Of a stretch of DNA of 64,000 nt, positions 1 through 8,521 are shown piece after piece. The notes beneath the pieces are model-generated. The model searched no databases, was not told the origin of the DNA, and was given only the letters and a program-made list of their open reading frames with translations. This DNA comes from an uncultured Planctomycetales bacterium (GTDB lineage: Bacteria; Omnitrophota; Gorgyraeia; Zapsychrales; Zapsychraceae), in contig CAZHWM010000024.1 of NCBI GenBank assembly GCA_964535935.1, forward strand, positions 171 through 64,170, in the 5' to 3' direction. The translations under genes were made by a program, and so were the position numbers. Position 1 is the stretch's first letter; each line of letters opens with the position of its first letter.

Positions 1-678
1 ATCTACCAACAACCCTTCTATCTGATGAAACATAAAAGAGTGGCTTGCATCAACTGCATCTGGTCTATAAACTCTCCCTGGGATAACAACTGCAAATGGT
101 GGAGTATTTTGCTTCATTATCCGTATCTGTCCTGGTGATGTATGGCTACGTAAAAGTAGGTATCTGCCTTTATTTTCTTTATCTTCCTGTTCGAGGTAGA
201 AAGTATCAAACGCATCCCTAGATGGATGATCAACAGGGATATTAAGTGCAGTAAAATTATGAAATTCTGTCTCAACCTCAGGTCCCTCATGTATAACAAA
301 ACCTAATCGCTCGAATAAAGAACATATCTCATCTATTGTCTGGGTAAGTATATGTTTATGTCCTTGTTCTGTTGCAACACCCGGGATAGTTACGTCTATC
401 AAATTCCTAATATCTATATCAGATGATGCATGGGAAATTGTCTTTTTCTTTTCTTTTATTATATTTTCTATTATTTTGCGAAGACTATTAGCCTGCTTTC
501 CAATAACAGGTTTTTCTTCTACTGACAAGGCAGCAAGTGAGGCATATATTTGAGCAAGCACTCCTTTTTTTCCCAAATACTTAATACGAAACGACTCTAA
601 TTGAGACTGAGATGATATTTCTTTTGCCTCAGCCAATACATCTTGTTCTATCTGTTTAAAATCCCATTTCATATTCAT
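1..678 (-). CDS. pheS: Phenylalanyl-tRNA synthetase alpha subunit, N-terminal part (3' end runs off the window)
   Basis: Absent from the ORF track because it is edge-truncated. Manual minus-strand translation from ATG 678-676 gives MNMKWDFKQIEQDV...RYLLLRSHTSPGQIRIMK...GRVYRPDAVDASHSFMFHQIEGLLVD. The SHTSxxQxR and FHQxEG motifs are class II PheS signatures. Confidence 0.85.
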   Translation of the reverse strand, partial: MNMKWDFKQIEQDVLAEAKEISSQSQLESFRIKYLGKKGVLAQIYASLAALSVEEKPVIGKQANSLRKIIENIIKEKKKTISHASSDIDIRNLIDVTIPGVATEQGHKHILTQTIDEICSLFERLGFVIHEGPEVETEFHNFTALNIPVDHPSRDAFDTFYLEQEDKENKGRYLLLRSHTSPGQIRIMKQNTPPFAVVIPGRVYRPDAVDASHSFMFHQIEGLLVD

Positions 679-735
679 TTGGCCTTTGCAATAACCTTAA
701 ATACAAATTTAAGTTTATTGGTTTATTAGAAAAAT

Positions 736-2199
736 TTACTTCCTCCACGTTGACGGCAACAAGAGCACTAAGATAGAATAAAGTTCCAGCCGTCCTGCCA
801 GCATGAGAAACGTTAATATCCATTTGCCCGGGATAGATATCCATGCATAATTCTGTACTGCGCCTACTTTGCCTAAACCTGGTCCTATATTGCTTAATGT
901 AGCTATAGATGCTGTTATAGCTGTTACAATATCACATTTTTCTGTAATTGTCATCAATATTGCTCCAAAGAAAAATAAAAAGATAAATATAACAAAATAT
1001 GATATCACAGACATTATGAGTCTATCATTGCATTTTGTTGAATTAAATTTAATTGGTAATATAGCATTGGGATATACCATCTGGACTATTGCCCTTAATC
1101 CTACTTTAAGTGATAAAAATATTCGGACAATCTTCATCCCGCCTCCTGTAGAACCGCCGCAACCGCCTATAAACATAAGACAGACAAGCCCAAACCTCAA
1201 CGCATTCGGCCATAAGTCAAAATTTGCTGTAACGTATCCAGTAGTAGTTGTTATAGACACAACCTGAAAGGCTGCTGTCCTTATAGGCGCGGTAACGTCA
1301 CCTCGATTGTAAAGTGCTGCTGCATACAGAATTGTTGCAATGAAAATAAGCCCGAAATAATACCTGAATTCTTCATTCCTAAAATAGGTTTTAAATCTGC
1401 CTCTCATCATCTGATAATGCAACATAAAGTTAGCTCCTGCCAGAAACATAAATACTATTATTACCCATTGTATATATGGTCCATATGCTGCAATGCTGGC
1501 ATTTTTGGTAGAAAACCCTCCTGTTGCCATTGTGCCAAATGTATGACATAAAGCGTCAAAAAGAGGCATTCCTCCTGCCATCAGAAGGATTGTTTCTAAA
1601 AAGGAGAGAAAAAAATATACTCCCCATAATATTTTAGCAGTTTCTTTTATATTCCCCGGCTCTATTCGCTCTACAGTAATCCCTGGAGATTCTGCTTTAT
1701 ACAAACGGTATGCATTCTGACCTAATGCCGGCAGCAATGCTAGACAAAGAACTATGATTCCCATACCACCTAACCAATGCGTGAGGCTCCGCCAAAACAA
1801 TATCCCTTTGGGCAATGCTTCTATGTTTTGGATAACTGTCGCTCCTGTGGTTGTAAAACCGCTCACCGTCTCGAAAAATGCATCTGTATACGTAGGAACC
1901 GATCCTGTTAAAAATAATGGCATCGCTCCAAATAGTGATAAGACTATCCATGAGAGTCCAACAATAGCAAGTCCATCTTTGGCATTGACTTTTTCATAAT
2001 CTTGTTTTTTTATAGGAAATTTCTTTAATATAACAAATGATAAAACAAGCCCGCTAAATATGGTAACAAGAAAAGAACTCACTTCTTTACTATGAATGTT
2101 GTCTTTTATTGCCCAACCAAGAGGTGCTATCATTACGCAGGAGACTATCATCAAAATCCTGCAAATAATATTAAAAACAAATCGTTTATGCATAGGCAA
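736..2199 (-). CDS. trkH: TrkH/KtrB-family potassium uptake membrane protein
   Basis: 487-aa polytopic protein with repeated selectivity-filter-like motifs (GFTTTGATV, MATGGFST, TTTGYVT, GGSTGGGMK). Sits next to trkA. Confidence 0.85.
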   Translation of the reverse strand: MPMHKRFVFNIICRILMIVSCVMIAPLGWAIKDNIHSKEVSSFLVTIFSGLVLSFVILKKFPIKKQDYEKVNAKDGLAIVGLSWIVLSLFGAMPLFLTGSVPTYTDAFFETVSGFTTTGATVIQNIEALPKGILFWRSLTHWLGGMGIIVLCLALLPALGQNAYRLYKAESPGITVERIEPGNIKETAKILWGVYFFLSFLETILLMAGGMPLFDALCHTFGTMATGGFSTKNASIAAYGPYIQWVIIVFMFLAGANFMLHYQMMRGRFKTYFRNEEFRYYFGLIFIATILYAAALYNRGDVTAPIRTAAFQVVSITTTTGYVTANFDLWPNALRFGLVCLMFIGGCGGSTGGGMKIVRIFLSLKVGLRAIVQMVYPNAILPIKFNSTKCNDRLIMSVISYFVIFIFLFFFGAILMTITEKCDIVTAITASIATLSNIGPGLGKVGAVQNYAWISIPGKWILTFLMLAGRLELYSILVLLLPSTWRK

Positions 2200-2264
2200 A
2201 AAAATATATAAAAATAAATTTTTGCAACCGTTTGTTTATTTTTAGTTCGTTAAAAGATATCTTG

Positions 2265-3653
2265 CTATTCTGTCTTTTTATTAAATAGTTCTGGCAAAAT
2301 ACTTTGTTTTCTAGTAAATAATGTTTGTAATTTTTTTACAGCTGTATGTTGACAAAATACTATAACCTTCTCATTTTCTTTAATTTGTGTATCGCCATTG
2401 GCAAGGACTACTTCATCATCACGGCATACTGCACCTACAATGGAATTTTCAGGAAATTTTATATTCTTTATCGGTGCCTTTGTTACTATCGACCCTTTTT
2501 CTGCTATTAATTCTAATGCCTCTGCATTTCCTTCCATTAATTTTGTTACTGCGCTTATGCTTTCTCCTCGTACAAAACTCAGTATTTGTTCAACTGCTAA
2601 CATTTGAGGGTTTATAGCCACATCAATCCCTAAGGCATCTATCATAGAAGTATAGTCTGTATGCTGAGTAATAATTATAGTGGTCTTTGCTCCCATCTTT
2701 TTTGCAAGAACAGCACTAATAAGATTTGTATCATCGTCATCTGAGGCGGCAACAAAAATATCTGTAGCCTCTATACCACTCTCAGCCAATATATCTAATT
2801 CTGAAGCAGAACCATTTAATACCCTCACAGACTCTAACCGTTCAGCTACTGCCTCTGCCTTAATAGGAGATTCTTCCAAAAGAATTATATCTTTTATGTG
2901 TGTTGATAAAGCATTAGCAAGTTGTTCGCCAGTATCTGTTGCACCATAAATAATTACCTTTGACGGCCTTTTTATCTCTGGGTCTACAAATGAAAGAAAT
3001 TCTCCTAAAGATTCGAACGGCAATAAAACATAAATCCTATCTGCTGCCTCTATCGAGGTCTCACCTGAAGGGATAATAACCTCTCCTTTTCTGCTTATAG
3101 CTATTATTAAAAACGGCCAAGGAAAGTCTTCTTCTCGTAGATTTTGTATCTTGATGCCGCATAAAGGAGAGTTTTCAGGGATATCAAATGCCCGTAAGAG
3201 AATTCTTCCGTTTGCAAAATCGCCTACTTCTCGAGCACCTGGGGCCGCAATTGTCTTTTCTATTGCCTGTGAAGCAAGATGTTCTGGATTAATAATAGCA
3301 TCAAGGTTAAAATGACTATAGCCAGAAACTGCTATTTCTTTACTTAGGGATATATTTCGTACTCGTGCGATTTGACGCCGGCAGCCAAAAAAAGAGGCTA
3401 ATGAACATACAACCAGATTAATCTCATCTGATCTAGTTACTGCTATCATTAAATCTGCTTCAGAGATATTCACCTTTTTAAGCGTTTCAGGGTCTGTTCC
3501 ACTTCCACAAACAACCTTTACATCCAATTTCTCATCTGTTTTCTCAACTAATATTTCATTTCTCTCTATTAGATATATTTCATGATTCTCTTCTGCTAAA
3601 CTTTTACAAAGATTATAGCCTATCCTGCCAGCACCAACAACAATAATTCTCAT
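2265..3653 (-). CDS. trkA: Trk system potassium uptake protein TrkA (tandem NAD-binding/RCK domains)
   Basis: MRIIVVGAGRIGYNL Rossmann motif at the N-terminus and a second VIIYGATDTGEQLA Rossmann motif mid-protein. Length ~460 aa. ATG at 3653 is preceded by GAGGG; the track start at 3659 is a TTG two codons upstream. Confidence 0.85.
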   Translation of the reverse strand: MRIIVVGAGRIGYNLCKSLAEENHEIYLIERNEILVEKTDEKLDVKVVCGSGTDPETLKKVNISEADLMIAVTRSDEINLVVCSLASFFGCRRQIARVRNISLSKEIAVSGYSHFNLDAIINPEHLASQAIEKTIAAPGAREVGDFANGRILLRAFDIPENSPLCGIKIQNLREEDFPWPFLIIAISRKGEVIIPSGETSIEAADRIYVLLPFESLGEFLSFVDPEIKRPSKVIIYGATDTGEQLANALSTHIKDIILLEESPIKAEAVAERLESVRVLNGSASELDILAESGIEATDIFVAASDDDDTNLISAVLAKKMGAKTTIIITQHTDYTSMIDALGIDVAINPQMLAVEQILSFVRGESISAVTKLMEGNAEALELIAEKGSIVTKAPIKNIKFPENSIVGAVCRDDEVVLANGDTQIKENEKVIVFCQHTAVKKLQTLFTRKQSILPELFNKKTE

Positions 3654-3751
3654 ACACAACCCTCGTGGTTCAAACCAATATGAAGTAAATAAAGGACGCC
3701 AGTAATTTTGGCGTCCCTATTTTTTAACCCAACCAATATATATTTTTCTAA

Positions 3752-4105
3752 TTAAGATGGATTTCTTGCTATATCCACTAACTTCTTAAATGCAGCAGGC
3801 TCATGGACAGCTAATTCTGATATTTCTTTACGGTTTATCTTTACATTGGCATCAGAAAGACCTTTTATGAAACGACTATAAAGGATACCTTCTTGCTGAC
3901 ATGCGGCATTTATTCTAATAATCCATAGTCGTCTAAATTCTCTCTTTTTTATTTTCCTGTCTCTATATTGATAAACTAACCCTTTTATTACTGAACGCTT
4001 TGCCTGAGAATAACGTCTACTTCTATGCCCAAACTGCCCTCTCGCCTGTTTTAAAATTTTTTTCTTTCTTTTATGTGATGCTACATTTGTCTTTATTCTA
4101 ACCAT
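3752..4105 (-). CDS. rplT: 50S ribosomal protein L20
   Basis: 117 aa, MVRIKTNVASHKRKKKILKQARGQFGHRSRRY... typical bL20. Lies in the infC-rpmI-rplT order. Confidence 0.95.
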   Translation of the reverse strand: MVRIKTNVASHKRKKKILKQARGQFGHRSRRYSQAKRSVIKGLVYQYRDRKIKKREFRRLWIIRINAACQQEGILYSRFIKGLSDANVKINRKEISELAVHEPAAFKKLVDIARNPS

Positions 4106-4295
4106 AAGGGAGCAACCTCCTTATTTTCTTTATATCTGCTTCAGAAACATAAGATGCCTTTTTTAAATTACGTTTTGCCTTTCGCGACATTTTACCTAAA
4201 ATATGCCCACGACCGGCACTTCTCTTTTTAATCTTACCTGTTTTTGTAATACTAAAACGTTTCGCAGCTGATTTGTTTGTCTTTAATTTTTGCAT
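4098..4295 (-). CDS. rpmI: 50S ribosomal protein L35
   Basis: 65 aa, MQKLKTNKSAAKRFSITKTGKIKKRSAGRGHIL, a bL35 signature. Lies between infC and rplT. Confidence 0.95.
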   Translation of the reverse strand: MQKLKTNKSAAKRFSITKTGKIKKRSAGRGHILGKMSRKAKRNLKKASYVSEADIKKIRRLLPYG

Positions 4296-4298
4296 TTT

Positions 4299-4838
4299 TC
4301 AATCCTTATTTTTTTCCTGTTTCTTCCCTGATATCGGCCGAAATACTACAAACATTACCTTCCCTTCCATAGAAGGTTCTTTTTCTGGTTGACCATAGTC
4401 GGCAAGATCTTTTATCATCCTATCTAAAACCTCTCTTCCCAGTTCCTTATGCACAACCTCTCGTCCACGAAAAAACATATTTACCCTAACCTTATCTTTT
4501 TTTTCCAAAAATCCAATCGCGTGTCTCAATTTAGTTTGATAATCACTCTCGGCAATATGCGGTTTCAGCCGTATCTGTTTCAAATGAATAACATGCTGGG
4601 ATTTTTTTATCTTACGTTCTTTTTTGCCCTGATCATATTTATATTTACTATAATCCATTATACGGCATACCGGCGGATTTGCCGTAGGAGCAATCTCAAC
4701 TAAGTCAAGACCATGCTCCTCAGCTAAGCTTAATGCCCTTCGTATGCTAACTACACCTAATTGTTCAGAATCCGGGCCAATAACCCTTACCTCTGGAGCC
4801 TTTATTCGCTCGTTAATTCGAATGAACTTTTGAATAAT
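4299..4838 (-). CDS. infC: Translation initiation factor IF-3, with non-canonical ATT start
   Basis: The track ORF (4299..4658) starts at an internal Met. The same frame continues upstream as IIQKFIRINERIKAPEVRVIGPDSEQLGVVSIRRALSLAEEHGLDLVEIAPTANPPVCRIMDYSK, which is the IF-3 N-domain. It begins at ATT ATT directly after AAAGGAGGTG. Start is 4838, or 4835 for the second ATT. Confidence 0.85.
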   Translation of the reverse strand: MIQKFIRINERIKAPEVRVIGPDSEQLGVVSIRRALSLAEEHGLDLVEIAPTANPPVCRIMDYSKYKYDQGKKERKIKKSQHVIHLKQIRLKPHIAESDYQTKLRHAIGFLEKKDKVRVNMFFRGREVVHKELGREVLDRMIKDLADYGQPEKEPSMEGKVMFVVFRPISGKKQEKNKD

Positions 4839-4918
4839 AGCACCTCCTTTTGTTAACTTTTACTTAACAGATTTTAAGTACTTAGCAGACAATAAACCTG
4901 CTAAAGTCTTTATTAACA

Positions 4919-6655
4919 TTATATTACTTTTTGCTTTGTTTCCTGTATTACTCTTAAAATAAAATCTTTTATAGAGAATATACCTTCATCACCTTTGCCA
5001 TATTTCCTCACAGATACCGTAGTTGTCTCTATTTCTTTATTACCAACAATAAGCAAATAAGGGATTTTCTGCATTGTGTTATCTCTTATACGTTTATTCA
5101 GGCTCTCGTTCCTGTTATCTACAAAAACTCTTATTCCTTTATCCTGCAAATCTTCTTTTACTTTGTCTGCAAAACTATTATGTTCGGTTTTTATTGGTAT
5201 TATAACAGCCTGTGTTGGTGCCAACCATACCGGAAAAGCCCCTGCATAATGCTCAATCAATGTACCAATAAACCTTTCCAAACTACCTAACAAGGCTCGG
5301 TGTATCATTATCGGTTGACTTTCTCCTCCTTCTTCATTAGTATAACTCAAGTTAAACCGTTCAGGCAATGCAAAATCACACTGAATAGTTGCTGCCTGCC
5401 ATTCTCGCTGAAGGGCATCTTTCAACTTGATGTCTATTTTGGGGCCATAAAAAGCACCTTCTCCTTCGTGAATCTGGTATTTAAGTCCTTTTTCCTTCAT
5501 AGATTCTTCTAATGCTGTTGTAGCGATTTCCCATTTTTGTTCGGAACCTATAAATTTCTCTGGACGGGTACTGAGCTCTATTACCACGTCCTTAAAACCA
5601 AAATCCTTTAAAATGTCAAAAACAAAATTTATTACCTCTTTCACTTCTGATTTAATCTGCGATTCTCTACAGAAAATATGCCCGTCATCTTGAGTAAATC
5701 CTCGCACCCGCAATAACCCATGAAGCACACCTGCCTTTTCTTTACGGTAGACAGTTCCTAATTCAAAAAAACGCAACGGCATATCACGCCAAGATCTAAG
5801 CCGTGATTTATATATCAACATATGGCCGGGGCAATTCATTGGTTTTACTGCATACCGCTCATTATCCACATTGAAAAAATACATATTTTCACTATAATAA
5901 TCTGCGTGTCCACTCTGCTCCCATAGGTCTTTCTTCAATATATGAGGAGTGCATACTAGTTCATATCCTCGACGAATATGTTGTGTTTCAATATAATCTA
6001 CTATAATCTTACGAAGCATAGCACCTGCCGGAGAATAAAAAACAAGCCCTGCGCCTGCGGCCTCCTGGAAAAAATTAAAAAGTCCTAACTGGATCCCTAA
6101 TTTACGATGATCTCGTTTCTGAGCTTCATCTAAAATTCTAAGGTATTCATCTAGCTCCTGCTTTGAATAAAAACAAGTACCATATATTCTCTGTAATTGA
6201 GGATTTCTTTCATCCCCTTTCCAATAAGCACCTGCAATCGATAATAACTTAAATGCCTTAATCTGCCCTGCTTTTTCTACATGAGGACCTTTACATAAAT
6301 CAAAGAATCCTGTATCTCCTGTCTTGTAAATTGAAATTTTCTCCTCCTGTATCTCCTCAATTAAATTAAGTTTATATGTCTCTCCTAATTTGGAGAAAAT
6401 CTTAATTGCCTCTTGTTTGTCAACAAAAGTCTGCTCAAATGCTGAATTAGTATCTATAATCTCTTGCATTCGGTTTTCTATCTTTTCAAGATCTTCATCC
6501 GTAAACGGTTCACTTTTATCAAAATCATAATAAAATCCATTTTCAATAGCCGGACCTATTCCCAATTTTACCTCTGGCCAAAGATCCTTTACTGCCTGAG
6601 CTAATATATGAGAACAACTATGCCTTAATTTTTCTAAATCCTTGTTATCTTGCAT
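4919..6655 (-). CDS. thrS: Threonyl-tRNA synthetase (short form, no N-terminal TGS domain)
   Basis: Has the editing-domain HxxxH motif (RHSCSHILAQA), class II catalytic core motifs and a C-terminal anticodon-binding domain. The start is set at MQDNKDLEKL (6655) because the upstream 17 codons of the track ORF overlap tRNA-Val. Confidence 0.9.
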   Translation of the reverse strand: MQDNKDLEKLRHSCSHILAQAVKDLWPEVKLGIGPAIENGFYYDFDKSEPFTDEDLEKIENRMQEIIDTNSAFEQTFVDKQEAIKIFSKLGETYKLNLIEEIQEEKISIYKTGDTGFFDLCKGPHVEKAGQIKAFKLLSIAGAYWKGDERNPQLQRIYGTCFYSKQELDEYLRILDEAQKRDHRKLGIQLGLFNFFQEAAGAGLVFYSPAGAMLRKIIVDYIETQHIRRGYELVCTPHILKKDLWEQSGHADYYSENMYFFNVDNERYAVKPMNCPGHMLIYKSRLRSWRDMPLRFFELGTVYRKEKAGVLHGLLRVRGFTQDDGHIFCRESQIKSEVKEVINFVFDILKDFGFKDVVIELSTRPEKFIGSEQKWEIATTALEESMKEKGLKYQIHEGEGAFYGPKIDIKLKDALQREWQAATIQCDFALPERFNLSYTNEEGGESQPIMIHRALLGSLERFIGTLIEHYAGAFPVWLAPTQAVIIPIKTEHNSFADKVKEDLQDKGIRVFVDNRNESLNKRIRDNTMQKIPYLLIVGNKEIETTTVSVRKYGKGDEGIFSIKDFILRVIQETKQKVI

Positions 6656-6664
6656 AAAAAATAA

Positions 6665-6738
6665 TGGGCCCAAGAGGACTCGAACCTCTGACCTCTTCCA
6701 TGTCAAGGAAGCACTCTAACCAGCTGAGCTATGGGCCC
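6665..6738 (-). tRNA. tRNA-Val (anticodon GAC)
   Basis: Minus-strand read GGGCCCATAGCTCAGCTGGTTAGAGTGCTTCCTTGACATGGAAGAGGTCAGAGGTTCGAGTCCTCTTGGGCCCA. 7-bp acceptor stem, anticodon loop TTGACAT, T-loop GGTTCGAGTCC. No encoded CCA. Confidence 0.9.
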
Positions 6739-6848
6739 CTCTCCTATCAATTTCTATTAAAAAATATCTAACTACTCCTCCAGCTGATAACACAATTTAT
6801 AATAAAGTTAAGATGTATTATCAGCTAAAGTTATAAGATAATAAAATA

Positions 6849-6933
6849 TGCCGGGAGAGGGGGTCGAACCCTCACGTCCACTAGGGACACGGGATTTTAA
6901 GTCCCGATTGTCTACCAGTTCCAACATCCCGGC
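6849..6933 (-). tRNA. tRNA-Leu (anticodon TAA), class II with long variable arm
   Basis: Minus-strand read GCCGGGATGTTGGAACTGGTAGACAATCGGGACTTAAAATCCCGTGTCCCTAGTGGACGTGAGGGTTCGACCCCCTCTCCCGGCA. Anticodon loop CTTAAAA. Long variable arm. Confidence 0.9.
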
Positions 6934-6971
6934 ATTGTTTAATTATTTGTTATTTCATTATCTAGAATAAA

Positions 6972-7043
6972 AGGCGACGAGCGGAATCGAACCGCTGAAT
7001 AATGGTTTTGCAGACCACTGCCTTACCACTTGGCTACGTCGCC
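6972..7043 (-). tRNA. tRNA-Cys (anticodon GCA)
   Basis: Minus-strand read GGCGACGTAGCCAAGTGGTAAGGCAGTGGTCTGCAAAACCATTATTCAGCGGTTCGATTCCGCTCGTCGCCT. Anticodon loop CTGCAAA. Confidence 0.9.
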
Positions 7044-7086
7044 GTCAAGCCTATAATCTTCTCTAAAAAACTATAATCCAACCCCT

Positions 7087-7644
7087 TCAATTATCTTTTA
7101 CTGCCAATTCATTCAATACAGTAGTTACAATATCTCTTACCTCCGCAATATGCCCTTTGCCTATCTTTCCACAAGCAAGACTACCTTCTATAGGAGATAT
7201 AAAACGAATACCATGCTTAACTAACTTAGCACAATTTTCCTTAAAAATAGGATTCTCATACATTCCTGTATTCATAGCAGGGACAATTAATATTTTTGCC
7301 CTTGTTGCCATTGCAATACATGTCAATAAATCATCTGCTATACCACTAGCTATCTTACCTATAATATTTGCCGTTGCAGGCGCAATCAATAATAAATCAG
7401 CTTCTTCTGCTAAATTGATATGCGTTATTGTAGTAGGATATCTCCTATCATTAAACATATCCCTATAAACACGGCCATCAGCTAACGTGAATAAAGTTAA
7501 TGGTGTTATGAAAAATTCAGAATCTTTTGTCATAACCACCGATACTTTTATTCCTTCTTTAGATAATTGCCGTATAATCTCCGCAGATTTATATGCAGCA
7601 ATACTAGCAGTAACACCTAAAATAACATGTCTTTGGTTTGACAC
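7087..7644 (-). CDS. coaC: Phosphopantothenoylcysteine decarboxylase-type flavoprotein (stand-alone CoaC half of CoaBC)
   Basis: 185 aa. ILGVTASIAAYKSAEIIRQL, LIAPATANIIGKIASGIADDLL and PAMNTGMYENP match the N-terminal flavoprotein domain of Dfp/CoaBC. No CoaB ligase domain follows. Confidence 0.75.
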   Translation of the reverse strand: MSNQRHVILGVTASIAAYKSAEIIRQLSKEGIKVSVVMTKDSEFFITPLTLFTLADGRVYRDMFNDRRYPTTITHINLAEEADLLLIAPATANIIGKIASGIADDLLTCIAMATRAKILIVPAMNTGMYENPIFKENCAKLVKHGIRFISPIEGSLACGKIGKGHIAEVRDIVTTVLNELAVKDN

Positions 7645-7732
7645 TGTATACTTCGTCCAATATATATAAACAAAAAACTATTTTATGTTGAAAAGATAAC
7701 CGTTTCTAGAAATTATAATTATAATAATATTA

Positions 7733-7996
7733 TTATTTTATTTCTTCTTTAGAATCTGTTTCTTCTTTCGTTTGGTCCTCTCGGGGCGCAAATTGTTCTG
7801 CAACTTCTTTTAATACTACCTTTCCCTTGGCAATCTCTTCGATTGCAAGAGAAGTTACCTTGTCTGAAGGTTTTCTTTCAACTAAACATGGCTTCCCTTC
7901 TGCCAGTTCCAAGGCCCTTATAGCAGCCATTCGTGTCAAAGCATAAGCACTTCCACCTGCCTTTGGCAATAATTCCTCTAATGGGTATTGTTTCAT
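7733..7996 (-). CDS. rpoZ: DNA-directed RNA polymerase subunit omega
   Basis: MKQYPLEELLPKAGGSAYALTRMAAIRALELAEG... is omega-like. AAGGAGA lies upstream of ATG 7996. The track start (8047) adds 17 unsupported codons. Position upstream of coaC is as in the conserved gmk-rpoZ-coaBC cluster. Confidence 0.8.
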   Translation of the reverse strand: MKQYPLEELLPKAGGSAYALTRMAAIRALELAEGKPCLVERKPSDKVTSLAIEEIAKGKVVLKEVAEQFAPREDQTKEETDSKEEIK

Positions 7997-8198
7997 ATTA
8001 TATTGTCTCCTTGCCTTTTTAAAAATCTTATATACAAAATTTATCAACTACAAAATTATCTTAACTATACAGACACCCCTCCAATACCTTTTCGCTGGAG
8101 CAAAGGTATATATATATATATCATAAGCTTATAATATTGTCAAAAAAAGATACCTTTCAATTAAACATTTTAGATAGATTGTAACTCATAGCACAAGA

Positions 8199-8258
8199 AT
8201 GTCTGTCTCAAGATTATTGGCATTCTATAAAGATCCTTCTGCTATCTACTCGGCTATT
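8199..8258 (+). repeat. Left copy of an imperfect ~60-bp direct repeat bracketing the 8.2-16.0 kb block
   Basis: atgtctgtctcaagattattggcattctataaagatccttctgctatctactcggctatt aligns with 15977-16035 (atgtcaattccaagattaatggtattctataagtccctttcgctagctacttggctgtt). About three quarters of positions are identical by hand alignment with one gap. Confidence 0.5.
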
Positions 8259-8521
8259 TTATTCCACCCTAGAATACAAGCTGACAACATAAATTCCCAC
8301 ATCCACGGCATCATGCAAGACAGGAATAATCTTATCATTCTCTTTTCGAATATCTCCCACCTCGACTATTTACTGGGTTACCCGCAGACAGCAATACTAA
8401 AATTTCAATGCCGATGTCTCTCGAATCCTCTATTGTTATATCTTATAGATGTCTTCCGAAAAACTATTATGAAAAAAATTATCAGGTTTTTATTTGTAAA
8501 ATAAGGCCTATTCAGTAACAA

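Noticed and set aside
869-1267. Antisense or shadow ORFs in the track, e.g. 869..1267, 2680..2949, 7157..7468, 33429..33800, 37464..37979, 50524..50853, 54153..54617
   Set aside because: Each lies entirely within, and antisense to, a well-supported gene with clear family motifs. The products are low-complexity with no RBS, so they are not called.
8199-8504. Track ORFs 8199..8504 (+) and 15977..16189 (+) as a small paralogous protein family (similar N-termini MSVSRLLAFYK / MSIPRLMVFYK)
   Set aside because: Similarity is confined to the ~60-bp DNA repeat. There is no RBS, the ORFs run opposite to all neighbouring genes, and the sequences are low-complexity and hydrophobic. They are more simply explained as a non-coding direct repeat.
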